A stretch of 64,000 nucleotides of DNA from an uncultured virus (IMG/VR IMGVR_UViG_3300036815_000199) (IMGVR_UViG_3300036815_000199); one strand, 5' to 3'; positions 8,099 to 17,436 are shown, counted from the first letter of the stretch. A program made the numbers and translations. The notes: a model not told the origin generated them from the sequence alone.

Positions 8099-11000
8099 TT
8101 AGACGGGCGCGGGGGCCGGCTCGGCGGCGGCCCACTGCCCGTGCGGCGCGCGGGCGGACAGCCGGCCGTGCGGCGCGCCCGCCGCCCACCGGCCGTGCGG
8201 CGGCCGGGCGGCGGGCAGGTCGCTCCCGGGCGGCCCGGCTGACGCGGCGGTCCGCGCGGGGGCGGCGGCGGGGTCGTCGGCGTGCGGCGGCCCGGCGGCC
8301 CACCTCGCGTGCGGCGCCCCGGCGGCGGGAGCATCGGTGTGCGGCTGGCCGGCTGACCAGCGGGCACGGGGCGCCCCGGCGGCGGGCTGCCCGGCGGGAT
8401 GCGGCTGCCCGGCGGCCCACCGGCCGTGCGGTGAGCCGGCGGTGATCCCGGTCAGCTGCCCGGCGGCCAGGATGTGGACCTGCGGCGGCGGCGCGTCCGC
8501 TGCTGCTGCGGCGGCCTCCGGGCGGGCGGCGGTCGCGGTCCGCGGCGGCGCGGCGCTGGCCGTGGCGGCGGCCAGGCCGGCGGTGACGGTCTTGACCGGG
8601 CTGGCACTGGGGGCCGGCGCCGATCCTGATGCGGTCGCGGGCCCGGGCGTGACGGTGATCGCCGGGGCGGGCGCCGGCGCTGATGCCGCCGCGGTCGCGG
8701 CGGGCGGGGTGCGGGCCGGGACCGGCCCGGGCGCGGTCGCGGCGGCGGTCGCGGGACCGGCGAGCACGGTCACGCCGGCCGTCGCCGGCGGCGCGGTGCC
8801 CGCCGCCGCTGCCAGGGCGGGGTCAGCGGTCCCGGCGGTCACCGTGACGACCGTCGGGGCCGGCGCGGTCGCGGTGGCCTGGGCAGGCCCGGCCGCCAGC
8901 GTTATCGCGGCGGCCAGGCCGCCGGCCTGCGCGGCTGCCGCCGCCGCCCCGGCGGTGACGGAGACAGCCAGTCCTGGTGGCGGCCCGGCGGCGGTCGCGC
9001 CGGCCAGGCCCGCCGTGGCGGTGGCCGCGGTCCGCGGCCCTGCGGCGAGGCCGGATGCCGGCGCGGCGGGCGGGGTCGCGGTGACGGCGGTCTGCGCGGC
9101 CGGCGGCGGCGCGGTGCCGGCCGCCGCTGCCAGCCCGGCGGGCGCGGTGACCGACGCGGCGACCGACACCACCGGGCCGGGCGCCGATCCCAGCGCGGCG
9201 GCAGCGCCGGCGGTGACCGCGAGCTGGGCTGCCGCCCCGCCGGCCGAACCGGTAGCCGGCGGGGCGGGCGCTGTGACGGCCAGCGCGGGCACCGGGCCGG
9301 GCGCTGACCCTGACCCGGCGGCGGCGCCGGCGGTGACCGTGACCGCGGCCAGCGGGGCGGGCGCTGACCCTGATCCGGCGGCCAGGCCGGCCGCGCCGGC
9401 GCCGGCCGTGACGGTGACCGTGACGGGCTGCGGCGCGGTACCCTGCCCGGCTGCCAGGCCGGCCGTGACAGTGACAGCGGGCGTAGCCTGGCGGGCTACG
9501 GCGCTGCCCGCCGCCGCGCCGGCGGCGGCGGACGAGGCGGCGGCCGGAGCCGGCGCCTGTCCGGCGGCTGTAGCCAGCCCGGCGGTCACGGTCGACGCGG
9601 TCGACACCGTCGGGGCCGACGCTGATCCGGTCGCGGCCGGGGCCTGGGCGGACGCGGCGGGGAGCGGAGCCGGCGCCTGCCCGGTCGCCGTGGCGGCCCC
9701 GGCGGGCGCGGTCGCGGTCGACGCGGTCGACACTGCCGGGGCCGGGGCGGCCGCGGTCGCCGCAGCCTGCCCAGCCGAGACGGTGACCGCGACCGCCGGT
9801 GCTGGCCCGGCGCCCAGCGAGGCGGCGGCGGGCGGGCCGGTCCCTGCGGCCGGCAACGGGGCCGGCCCGGTGCTCGAGGCCGCCGCGAGCGCGGGCCGGG
9901 CGGTCAGCGCGGGCAGGGTCCCGGCCGCCGAGCCGACGGCAGCCGAGACGGGCGGGGCGGCGGTGATCGCCGGGGCGGGCGCGGGGGCGGCGGCCGAGGC
10001 GGCGGCGAGCCCGGCGGGTGCGGTGACCGCTGCAACGGTCGATACGGCCGGGCCGGGCGCGGTGCCCGTGGCGGCGGCCAGGCCCGCCGTGACCGCGACC
10101 GCTACAGCGGGAACCGGGCCGGGCGCGGTGCCCGTGGCCTGGGCGAGCCCGGCGCCCGTGGCCGCCGCGTGACCCGGCGCGGGCGCGGTCCCGGCGGCCA
10201 GCCCCGCGCCGGCCGCGATCGCGAGTGCGGTGACCGGCGTGGGCGCCAGGGCGGTCCCTGCGGCCAGGACGGCGGTCGCGGTGACGGCGGTCGCGGTGAC
10301 GGGCTGGGCGGCGGTCCCTGTCGCGGTCGCGGCGGCGGGCGTGACGGTGACCGCGGCCAGCGGGGCGGGCGCCGCCGCGGTGGCGGCCGCCAGCCCGGCC
10401 CTGACCGTCGGCGGCGGCGTGTTGAGCCGCCCGGCGGTGAACCCGCCGGGGATCGCCAGGCCGGGGATCGCCTGGCTCCACGCGGCGAGGACGACCGGGA
10501 CCGGCGGCGTGCCGACGTTGTCCCACACCGACGTCGACGACGGGTCGCCGGTGGCGTACGCGCCGGCCTGCAGCGAGACCGTCAGCGCCCGCATGTCCCA
10601 CGGGTCGGGCGCCGACGCCAGCGCGGTCCACGTGACCGCATCGGCGGAATACTCGAAGACCAGGACGTTCCCGCCGGTCTCCCGCAGCCGCAGCCACTTC
10701 ATCGCGGCGGCGTTGTAGGCGGCCGACCCGACGGTCACGTAGCTGCTGTTGACGACGGTCTGCGCGATCAGGGTCCCGTTGCTGACCATGATCTCCGCGG
10801 AGTTGCTGCCGTCCTTCTGGACGGCGAGTATCGTCTGCGTGCTGGTCGCCTGCACCCCGGCGGACACCAGCTGCGCGAAGACAGCCGAGCCGGTCAGGTC
10901 GTAGGTGAGGTTGCTGGCGATCCCGACGTAGGTGGTGCTGCTGGCCGGCGTGGTCAGCGACAGCTGGCCGTTCACTGTCACGCCGCCGCCGAAACTGCCC

Positions 11001-11755
11001 CACAGGCCGGCGTTGAGGGTGGTGCCGGGGAACGTGTCGGCCAGCGTCTCCATCTTCGGCCGGCCCGGGCTGACCGCCGGGACGGGCCGCTGCAGCCCCT
11101 TGCTGCCGGTGAACCGGACCCGGCGCCGCTGCGGCACCGCCGGCGGCGGCGGCGGGGCGCCCTCGGCGAGCAGCGCCATGATCCCGAACCGGATGTGGGT
11201 GTCGCCCCACACCGGCGCGGTCGCCACCCCGGCCGCGCAGTTCAGGTTGTAGGCGACGCCGCAGGCGTCCCCGTCGACGAACCAGACGTAGCCGGCGGTC
11301 GTGCCGGCGACGGCGGACCCGTTGTCGATCTCGCCGCCGAAATACAGCTCGCCGCCGAACGTCGGGGTCAGCAGCGCCCACGTGTTCGTGCCGGGGCTGT
11401 TGACGTAACCGACCTGGTCGACGAACCACTGCCCGGCGCTCGAGTGGAACTCGAAGCCCTGGATGTCGATGTTCGCCGGGGTCGCCCCGGACCAGGTGAT
11501 CGTGACCGTGGCGCCGGCCGCGGCGGTGACCTTGCCCTGCCACAGCGTGTTGGTGCCGGCCTGCGTCTGGGTGGACAGCTGCTGCGTGCCGACCTGGGTC
11601 CAGGTGACGTTGCTGCTGGCGACCCCGGTGCAGTACACCGTCGAGTTGGTGTACTGGCTGACTTCCAGGCAGATCAGGTCGCCGACGCCGCCGGGCGTCA
11701 GGGTGAACGAGCTGGAGAACTGCTCGATGCGGCTGCCGACCGCGCTCCAGGTCAC
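8099..11755 (-). CDS. Large fibre-like protein: beta-sandwich/lectin-like N-terminal domains plus long Ala/Thr/Pro/Gly repeat stalk
   Basis: 1218-aa ORF; N-terminal Trp/Tyr/Thr-rich domains (WLRLRETGG...EYSADAVTW); repeats of the type AGLAAATGTAPxP. Confidence 0.75.
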   Translation of the reverse strand: MTWSAVGSRIEQFSSSFTLTPGGVGDLICLEVSQYTNSTVYCTGVASSNVTWTQVGTQQLSTQTQAGTNTLWQGKVTAAAGATVTITWSGATPANIDIQGFEFHSSAGQWFVDQVGYVNSPGTNTWALLTPTFGGELYFGGEIDNGSAVAGTTAGYVWFVDGDACGVAYNLNCAAGVATAPVWGDTHIRFGIMALLAEGAPPPPPAVPQRRRVRFTGSKGLQRPVPAVSPGRPKMETLADTFPGTTLNAGLWGSFGGGVTVNGQLSLTTPASSTTYVGIASNLTYDLTGSAVFAQLVSAGVQATSTQTILAVQKDGSNSAEIMVSNGTLIAQTVVNSSYVTVGSAAYNAAAMKWLRLRETGGNVLVFEYSADAVTWTALASAPDPWDMRALTVSLQAGAYATGDPSSTSVWDNVGTPPVPVVLAAWSQAIPGLAIPGGFTAGRLNTPPPTVRAGLAAATAAAPAPLAAVTVTPAAATATGTAAQPVTATAVTATAVLAAGTALAPTPVTALAIAAGAGLAAGTAPAPGHAAATGAGLAQATGTAPGPVPAVAVAVTAGLAAATGTAPGPAVSTVAAVTAPAGLAAASAAAPAPAPAITAAPPVSAAVGSAAGTLPALTARPALAAASSTGPAPLPAAGTGPPAAASLGAGPAPAVAVTVSAGQAAATAAAPAPAVSTASTATAPAGAATATGQAPAPLPAASAQAPAATGSASAPTVSTASTVTAGLATAAGQAPAPAAASSAAAGAAAGSAVARQATPAVTVTAGLAAGQGTAPQPVTVTVTAGAGAAGLAAGSGSAPAPLAAVTVTAGAAAGSGSAPGPVPALAVTAPAPPATGSAGGAAAQLAVTAGAAAALGSAPGPVVSVAASVTAPAGLAAAAGTAPPPAAQTAVTATPPAAPASGLAAGPRTAATATAGLAGATAAGPPPGLAVSVTAGAAAAAAQAGGLAAAITLAAGPAQATATAPAPTVVTVTAGTADPALAAAAGTAPPATAGVTVLAGPATAAATAPGPVPARTPPAATAAASAPAPAPAITVTPGPATASGSAPAPSASPVKTVTAGLAAATASAAPPRTATAARPEAAAAAADAPPPQVHILAAGQLTGITAGSPHGRWAAGQPHPAGQPAAGAPRARWSAGQPHTDAPAAGAPHARWAAGPPHADDPAAAPARTAASAGPPGSDLPAARPPHGRWAAGAPHGRLSARAPHGQWAAAEPAPAPV

Positions 11756-11782
11756 CGGTCATTCGCCCCCTGCGGCGGCCTC

Positions 11783-12385
11783 CTAGCTCTCGCCGTACAG
11801 CTTCACCATCTGCGCCGTGACCGTGTTCCCGGCGGTCGCCGCCCCGAGCGTCACGTACGGCCACAGGAAAGTCGGCTGGTCGACGTCGACGGTCGCGGCG
11901 GTGACGCCGGTCGCGCCGGAGGCGGGCAGCGACCACTCGTCGATCTGGGAGGTGGAGAACGCCGACGGCAGCAGGCCCTCGCACCGGATCGACCCGGCGC
12001 CGATCAGCGACGACGCGGCGCCCTGCCCTAGCGTGCGCAGCGAAATGTCCAGCTCCAGCTCGAACCACGCCCCGGCCGTCGCCACGCCCGGGGTCCGCGC
12101 CGCGGTCGCGGCGATGACGTTGGACGCGGAGAACGCGGCGGGCAGCGCCTGGGTCCAGGCGACGCCGAACAGCCAGGTGGGGATCACCGCGGTGGTCGTC
12201 ATCTGGCCGCGGACCAGCAGCTTGACCGCCGACGTGCGCTCGCCGAGGGACACGAAGACCCCGGGCTTGACGTTGATCGCGGGCAGCCCGGCGACCATCG
12301 ACACCGGCCCGGCGGTCGGGGTGGTGACGGTCGCGGCGGCCGCGCTGGAGTACAGCAGCTCGGTGTTGCCGTAGTAGTTGCTCAC
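11783..12385 (-). CDS. Putative virion structural protein
   Basis: Beta-rich, Thr/Ala-rich 200-aa ORF in the fibre module. Confidence 0.65.
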   Translation of the reverse strand: MSNYYGNTELLYSSAAAATVTTPTAGPVSMVAGLPAINVKPGVFVSLGERTSAVKLLVRGQMTTTAVIPTWLFGVAWTQALPAAFSASNVIAATAARTPGVATAGAWFELELDISLRTLGQGAASSLIGAGSIRCEGLLPSAFSTSQIDEWSLPASGATGVTAATVDVDQPTFLWPYVTLGAATAGNTVTAQMVKLYGES

Positions 12386-12396
12386 GGCGCCCCCGG

Positions 12397-13254
12397 TCAG
12401 TCGAGCGTGTAGATGGCGGTGCCGAACAGCGAGCAGGCCGCCGGGCTGTAGAACGTGCTGGTCGCGGCGCCGGGCTGGATGTTGATGTGCGGCAGGTTCC
12501 CCGTCGTCAGCGCGACCGCCGTGCCGTAGGAGCCGGAGTTCAGCGACTGCAGGAGCGTGGGCCGGTAGCCGGCCGGCATCACGGCGAGGTTCTGGGTGCC
12601 GGTCGCGCTCACCGTGATGTCCCACTCGATCAGCACCATGTTCGAGTCGGCGAGCAGCTTGTACCGCACCCCGTTGACGCCGTTCCCGGACGCGGCCCAC
12701 GGGCTGGCGCCCGGGGCGAGGGTGTGCCAGCCCTCGACGGCCGCCGGGGTGACCCCCGGCTGCAGCGCGCGGGCCGGGCCGGTCCACCCCGCGCCGTAGG
12801 CGTTGGCGTTCCCGTCGGTGCCGGCGGCGGCGGCGGCCGCGGCGACCAGCCCGGTGCCGCCGGCGGCGGTGGAGTACACCAGCGCGACCTGGCCGGTGCC
12901 GTCGGCCTGGCCTTGGGCGAGCCGGGACAGGAACCCGGCGGTGACCGCCTCGTTGATCGTGAACCCGGCGGTGTGCGAGACCGGGGTGGTGCCCTCGGCG
13001 CCGCGGGTCACCGTCCACGACTGGCCGGCGCCGGTGCCGCCCGGCGCGCTGGTGCCGATCATGACCTCGCCCGGCAGCGCCGGGTCGATGAACCGGAACT
13101 GGGTGCCGCCCGCCGCCGACACGGCGGGGAACGCCGCCGTCGCGCTGATCGTCCAGCTCTCCGACGTCCCGGCGACCGGGGCGGTGGTGCCGCCGGTGGT
13201 GACCGTGCCCTGCCCGAGATTGGTGATCGCGTCGAGGACCGCGGCGGCGGGCAC
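12397..13254 (-). CDS. Minor tail/fibre protein (putative)
   Basis: WTVTRGAEGTTPVSH motif and C-terminal MPAGYRP typical of phage fibre proteins. Confidence 0.7.
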   Translation of the reverse strand: MPAAAVLDAITNLGQGTVTTGGTTAPVAGTSESWTISATAAFPAVSAAGGTQFRFIDPALPGEVMIGTSAPGGTGAGQSWTVTRGAEGTTPVSHTAGFTINEAVTAGFLSRLAQGQADGTGQVALVYSTAAGGTGLVAAAAAAAGTDGNANAYGAGWTGPARALQPGVTPAAVEGWHTLAPGASPWAASGNGVNGVRYKLLADSNMVLIEWDITVSATGTQNLAVMPAGYRPTLLQSLNSGSYGTAVALTTGNLPHINIQPGAATSTFYSPAACSLFGTAIYTLD

Positions 13255-13265
13255 GGCTCAGCGCC

Positions 13266-13553
13266 CTACTGGGCGGCCCACAGCGAGCACAGCGCGTCCT
13301 CGAACGGGTACGCTGCCGGCTGCGCCGCGCTCCCCTTGTACACCTGCGCGACGGTCAGCATGTAGTCGATGCGGGCCAGCACGTCGGCGGCGTCGTCGCT
13401 GCTGTACCCCATCGCCTCCAGGCCGGCCGCGCCGAGCTTGTTGAGGTAGGCGGCCTGGCTGATGACCTGCCCGGACCAGTTGCGGAGCTGCAGCGCGAGC
13501 GACGACAGCTGCGCGTTGACGCGGCCCGGGTCGGCCTGGTCCCCGATCGCCAC
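13266..13553 (-). CDS. Hypothetical protein
   Basis: GTG 13553 just after the upstream stop; coding-like 95 aa. Confidence 0.65.
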   Translation of the reverse strand: MAIGDQADPGRVNAQLSSLALQLRNWSGQVISQAAYLNKLGAAGLEAMGYSSDDAADVLARIDYMLTVAQVYKGSAAQPAAYPFEDALCSLWAAQ

Positions 13554-13555
13554 GG

Positions 13556-14041
13556 CTACACGCTCACCTGCATGATCCCGGCGGCGTTCCACTGCACGGT
13601 GAACGTGCCCGCCGTGACCGACTGGGCGCCGCCGAAGTAATGGAAGCTGGCGCCCTGCTTGGCGACCGGCGCGGCGAGGGTGAAGTCGTAGACCAGGTCG
13701 CCGTAGACGTTGGCCAGCGTCACGTTGCCCGCCCCGGCGGTGTTGGATCCGGTCCACGTGATCAGGTTGGTCGCCGACGTGAACCCGCCGCCCGACCCGG
13801 TGCCGGCGATGGTCTGCCCGCCGGCCGGCCAGTTCGGGTCGGTGACCTCGTTGCCGGCGATCCACGCGCCGGCGCCGTAGGCGGTCGACGCGGCGGCGGC
13901 GGTCTTGTCGGGGGTGCCGGAGTTGCCGTACAGCGCCGCCTTGAACACGTCGGCGTTGTTCATCTTCCCGGCGGCGATCGCGGCCGACAGCTGGTCGGAC
14001 AGCCAGGACCGGAAGATCGCCGAGGCGGTGCCGAACGGCAT
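13556..14041 (-). CDS. Putative virion structural protein (fibre base/decoration type)
   Basis: FKAALY...NEVT...FGGAQSVTAGTFTVQWNAAGI pattern typical of small phage structural proteins; GGAGG RBS. Confidence 0.7.
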   Translation of the reverse strand: MPFGTASAIFRSWLSDQLSAAIAAGKMNNADVFKAALYGNSGTPDKTAAAASTAYGAGAWIAGNEVTDPNWPAGGQTIAGTGSGGGFTSATNLITWTGSNTAGAGNVTLANVYGDLVYDFTLAAPVAKQGASFHYFGGAQSVTAGTFTVQWNAAGIMQVSV

Positions 14042-14042
14042 G

Positions 14043-14327
14043 TCAGCCCTCCCCTGCCTCGATCTGGTCGGCGTGCTGCAGGGCGGCGTCCCGGTCGGCC
14101 TTGGCCTGCTTCTCGATCGCGGCGGCCTCGGCGGTCAGCGTCTTGGCGTGCTGCCGGGCGGCGGCGGCCGCGGTCATGGATGCGTCGTAGTCGGCCTGGG
14201 CGCCGTCCCGGCGGGCGGCGGCGGCGGCGGCCCGGTCCTCGGCCGACAGCCCCTGCGGCTGCCCGCCGTCGACGGTCTCGACCGTGGGCTGCGGCGCGGC
14301 CCCGCCGGCGGCTGGCGTGTCGGGCAT
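14043..14327 (-). CDS. Ala-rich coiled-coil hypothetical protein
   Basis: GAGGGGG RBS before ATG 14327. Confidence 0.6.
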   Translation of the reverse strand: MPDTPAAGGAAPQPTVETVDGGQPQGLSAEDRAAAAAARRDGAQADYDASMTAAAAARQHAKTLTAEAAAIEKQAKADRDAALQHADQIEAGEG

Positions 14328-14341
14328 CGGTCCCCCCCTCG

Positions 14342-14668
14342 CTAGCAGGTGATGACGGCCCGGGCGACGGGCGCGTTGACCAGCAGGTCGTTGGACCCGT
14401 CGGCGCGGACGGTGGCGACCGCCATGTAGGGGCGGCCGTCGTCGCCGGCCGCCTGGATCTCGCCGTTCAGGTAGTCCTCGCGCAGCACCGCGACCAGCGT
14501 GCAGTCGGTGCCGGCCCGCACCAGCGGCGCGGTCAGCATGTGCAGCCGCGGGCAGGTGTGGAACCGGGCGGCGTTCGCGGGCAGCGGCCGGGTCCGCTCT
14601 TCCAGCCCGCACGCCGGGCACCGCCAGTCGGTCCAGGCGTCCAGCAGCACCGCGCCGGGACCGATCAC
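14342..14668 (-). CDS. Hypothetical protein with CxxC/HxC zinc-binding motifs
   Basis: AAGGAGG RBS; WRCPACG...FHTCP. Confidence 0.7.
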   Translation of the reverse strand: MIGPGAVLLDAWTDWRCPACGLEERTRPLPANAARFHTCPRLHMLTAPLVRAGTDCTLVAVLREDYLNGEIQAAGDDGRPYMAVATVRADGSNDLLVNAPVARAVITC

Positions 14669-15213
14669 CGGGCCTCCTTCAGCCACACGCCGCGCGCCGC
14701 GGCGGGGTCGGTGACGACCGGCGCCCACCCCGGCCCGGGCGGCGCCGCGTAGTTGACGGCGATCAGCACGGTGCCGGGCAGCAGCAGGCCGCGCAGCCGG
14801 CCCTCGTAGGCGGCCTCCAGCCGCGCGTCGCGGAACAGCTGGTTGGCGAACACGATGTGGGTGGCGTCCCAGTCGGCGTCCAGCACCCGCCCGGTCCGCA
14901 CGTCGGCGCCGGCGGCGCGGCCCGCCGCGGCGTACGCCTCGACCAGCTCGACGCCCCACGCCCGGCAGCCCGCCGCGCCCGCCAGCAGCACCTTGCCGCC
15001 GACCCCGGCGCCGGCGTCGCCGAACACCAGCGGCCCGGCCAGGCACGACAGCAGGTCCATCGCGTGCCGCAGCAGCCAGGAGAACGCGCCCGCCGGGTAC
15101 GGCTCGGCGCCCCACACGCCGCGCGGCGGCCCGACGTCGGGGCGGGACGCGGGCCGCCAGGCGTCCTCGAGCGCGGCAACCGCCGCGACGGTCCACGTGT
15201 CAGCGGCGGGCAC
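14665..15213 (-). CDS. Class I SAM-dependent methyltransferase, DOT1-like
   Basis: GGAGG RBS; FGDAGAGVGGKVLLA (motif I), AWGVEL, IVFANQLF, LLPGTVLIA. Confidence 0.7.
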   Translation of the reverse strand: MPAADTWTVAAVAALEDAWRPASRPDVGPPRGVWGAEPYPAGAFSWLLRHAMDLLSCLAGPLVFGDAGAGVGGKVLLAGAAGCRAWGVELVEAYAAAGRAAGADVRTGRVLDADWDATHIVFANQLFRDARLEAAYEGRLRGLLLPGTVLIAVNYAAPPGPGWAPVVTDPAAARGVWLKEAR

Positions 15214-15240
15214 CGGCGCCTCCGGTCTAGGGTGACGGTC

Positions 15241-15765
15241 ATGGTCATGGACAATCGGTGGCCGCCGACCGGGCAGCGGCACGTGGAGCTGGGCACCCGC
15301 GCCGGGATACTGCGGGCGTTCGGGACCCTGAGCGTGTTCACCGGCCTCGACGCGGTCACGGCCGTGCTCGACGGGCAGGGCGCGCAGGTGACTCTCAACG
15401 GCGTGCCGATCAGCGACGCGCGGGCGCGGCAGATCCTCGACGACGAGGCGCAGGCGATCCTCGCGGTGCTGCCGGCGCCGGGACCGGCGGTGACCTGGCA
15501 GCGGCCGCGGACCTCCGAGCAGGTCACCGGCGCCGGGCTGACCCGCACCGGCGAGGCCGCCGGGCCGGACGGGCTGCTGCGGGTCGAGTACGGCTACCAC
15601 GCGGTGTGGGCCGAGGAGCCGGCGATGGGAGAGGCACCGGCCGGCTACGTGCTGACCGAGGCGCGGACCTGGCTGAACGGGGTGCTGATCACCGACCCGG
15701 ACCGGGCGGCGAAGCTGGCGGCGGCGGCGGGCCTGCACGCGCCGCGGCAGCTGCCCGGCCGTTAG
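15241..15765 (+). CDS. Hypothetical protein
   Basis: Coding-like ORF divergent from the methyltransferase gene. Confidence 0.6.
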   Translation: MVMDNRWPPTGQRHVELGTRAGILRAFGTLSVFTGLDAVTAVLDGQGAQVTLNGVPISDARARQILDDEAQAILAVLPAPGPAVTWQRPRTSEQVTGAGLTRTGEAAGPDGLLRVEYGYHAVWAEEPAMGEAPAGYVLTEARTWLNGVLITDPDRAAKLAAAAGLHAPRQLPGR

Positions 15766-16035
15766 GTGAACCGGAGTTCAGGAATCGGGCTGCGTAACTT
15801 ACAGTACGCATTGGCTGCCCGGCCGCGGCAATGGCGAGGGCCCGCGCTGACGGGGGCACAACGCGGGCCCTGCTGGGCTGGCCTGCGGGCGGGCTCCCCG
15901 ACGGGGGCACGAGGGGCCTTGACTGATCTTGCCCGGGCCTGCTGGATGCGGTTACCAACCGGGAACGGCGGCCCGGGAACCGAAGGTCAGCGTCCGGGCA
16001 GACTGCTCCTAGCTGCCCAGTTCAGCGCACCTAAC
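15761..16035. ncRNA. Candidate structured non-coding RNA (~275 nt) with twin identical-loop hairpins
   Basis: Intergenic; ends complementary (GTTAGGTG 15761-15768 / CACCTAAC 16028-16035); at least five internal stems; 11-mer GACGGGGGCAC at 15849 and 15900 caps two separate hairpins. Confidence 0.55.
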
Positions 16036-16117
16036 CGCCGGCGTCAAGCGGTTCGCGGTCATTGCCCGCCGGCGTGTCGCGGGGGCCGCCGGGGCATTAC
16101 GCGCAATCCACCGGAAA

Positions 16118-16708
16118 CTAGCCTTTGGCGAGCGCCAGGAACTCGGCGCGGACCGGGCTGTCGAAAAACTTGCCGGTCAGGTGGGAGGTCAGCATCACGG
16201 CGCCGTCGGCGCACGGGCCGCGCAGCGTCAGGCAGGTGTGGGTCGCCTCGATCAGGCAGCCGGCGCCCTGGATGTCCAGGTGCTTGCCGAGCGCGTCGAC
16301 GACCTGCTGGCCGAGCCGTTCCTGCATCTGCGGGGCCGCCGCGTACCCGGCGACCAGCCGCGCCAGCTTGGAGATCCCGGCGACCCGGGCGCCGTCGGCG
16401 GGCAGGTAGGCGACGGTGGCGTGCCCGGTGAACGGCAGCAGGTGATGCTCGCACACCGACCGGAACGGGACCCGCTTGAGGAAGATCATCACCGCCGTGC
16501 CGGGCGGCGGCGCGAAGGTGCGGGCGAGCACGGTGCCGGCGTCGAACGGGTCGCGCAGCCCGGCGGTCAGCTCGCGCAGCGCCGCCGCGAACCGCAGCGG
16601 GGTCCGCTCCATGTCGGGGGCGTCGAGGTCGACGCCGATCGACCGGAGGAACGCCGACGCCAGGACCACGCTGTCGACCTCGCCCGGCTCCGTGCTGTAC
16701 AGCGTCAT
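16118..16708 (-). CDS. folE: GTP cyclohydrolase I
   Basis: RTPLRF, SVCEHHLLPF, GISKLAR, QMQERL, EATHTCLTLRG. Confidence 0.95.
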   Translation of the reverse strand: MTLYSTEPGEVDSVVLASAFLRSIGVDLDAPDMERTPLRFAAALRELTAGLRDPFDAGTVLARTFAPPPGTAVMIFLKRVPFRSVCEHHLLPFTGHATVAYLPADGARVAGISKLARLVAGYAAAPQMQERLGQQVVDALGKHLDIQGAGCLIEATHTCLTLRGPCADGAVMLTSHLTGKFFDSPVRAEFLALAKG

Positions 16709-17436
16709 CGGGGCTCGCCTTCCTTGTCGTAGACCAGCACGTGCTGGCGCAGCGTCAGGTTGAACCGGTGCGCCAGCGCCCGGGGGGCGACCAGCCGCGC
16801 GGTCTCGAGGATTTCGCCGGGGGTGGTGCCGGCCGGCATCACCCACACCTGGTCGCGGTGCAGCCCGTAGGGGCGGATCCAGCCGTCCTCGATCTCGTCC
16901 AGGTCACCGCGGCCGGTGACCACGAACTTGAACACCGCCCGGCGGCTGGCCGCGAACCAGGCCAGCGCGCGGCCGTTGGCCGCCTTGTCCCGGGCCATGC
17001 CGGAGGATGCGAGCTTGGGCGAGACGTTGAACTGGTCGACCGACACGCACGCGGCCGCGTCGGGCAGCTGGGTGCCGTTGGTCTCCACCTCGATGCGGAC
17101 CCCGGCGGTGGCGATGGCCCAGACCAGCTCGGCGAACCCGTCCTGGTGCTGGTGCAGCAGCGGCTCCCCGCCGGTGATGATGACCAGCCGGGGCCGGCCC
17201 GCGAGCGCGGCGCGGGCGATGTCGGCGGCCTCGGTGCGCTGGCCCTGCTCGGCCAGGTTGTAGCGGCGCGCGTCCCACGTCTGCGCCTCGTCGCACGGCG
17301 AGACGCCGTCCGGCGTGGTCCACGCGCAGGACAGGTTGCAGCCCATCAGCCGGACCACCGCGGCGAGCATCCCCGCCGACGGGCCCTCGCCCTGCCAGCA
17401 GGCGTACGGCGCGCCGTTGACGACGAGGGTGCTCAC
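16705..17436 (-). CDS. queE: 7-carboxy-7-deazaguanine synthase (radical SAM)
   Basis: QGEG, RLMGCNLSC...CD, TGGEPLL, VETNGT, VSPKL, KFVV. Confidence 0.95.
   Translation of the reverse strand: MSTLVVNGAPYACWQGEGPSAGMLAAVVRLMGCNLSCAWTTPDGVSPCDEAQTWDARRYNLAEQGQRTEAADIARAALAGRPRLVIITGGEPLLHQHQDGFAELVWAIATAGVRIEVETNGTQLPDAAACVSVDQFNVSPKLASSGMARDKAANGRALAWFAASRRAVFKFVVTGRGDLDEIEDGWIRPYGLHRDQVWVMPAGTTPGEILETARLVAPRALAHRFNLTLRQHVLVYDKEGEPR

Noticed and set aside
8400..10400. Highly repetitive DNA considered as a CRISPR array or satellite
   Set aside because: Repeats are degenerate, in frame and encode the Ala/Thr/Pro stalk; there is no constant repeat-spacer structure and no cas gene.
15761..16035. 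tRNA, tmRNA or self-cleaving ribozyme identity for the structured element
   Set aside because: No T-loop/CCA end, tag reading frame or hammerhead core was found by eye; kept only as an unclassified candidate RNA.
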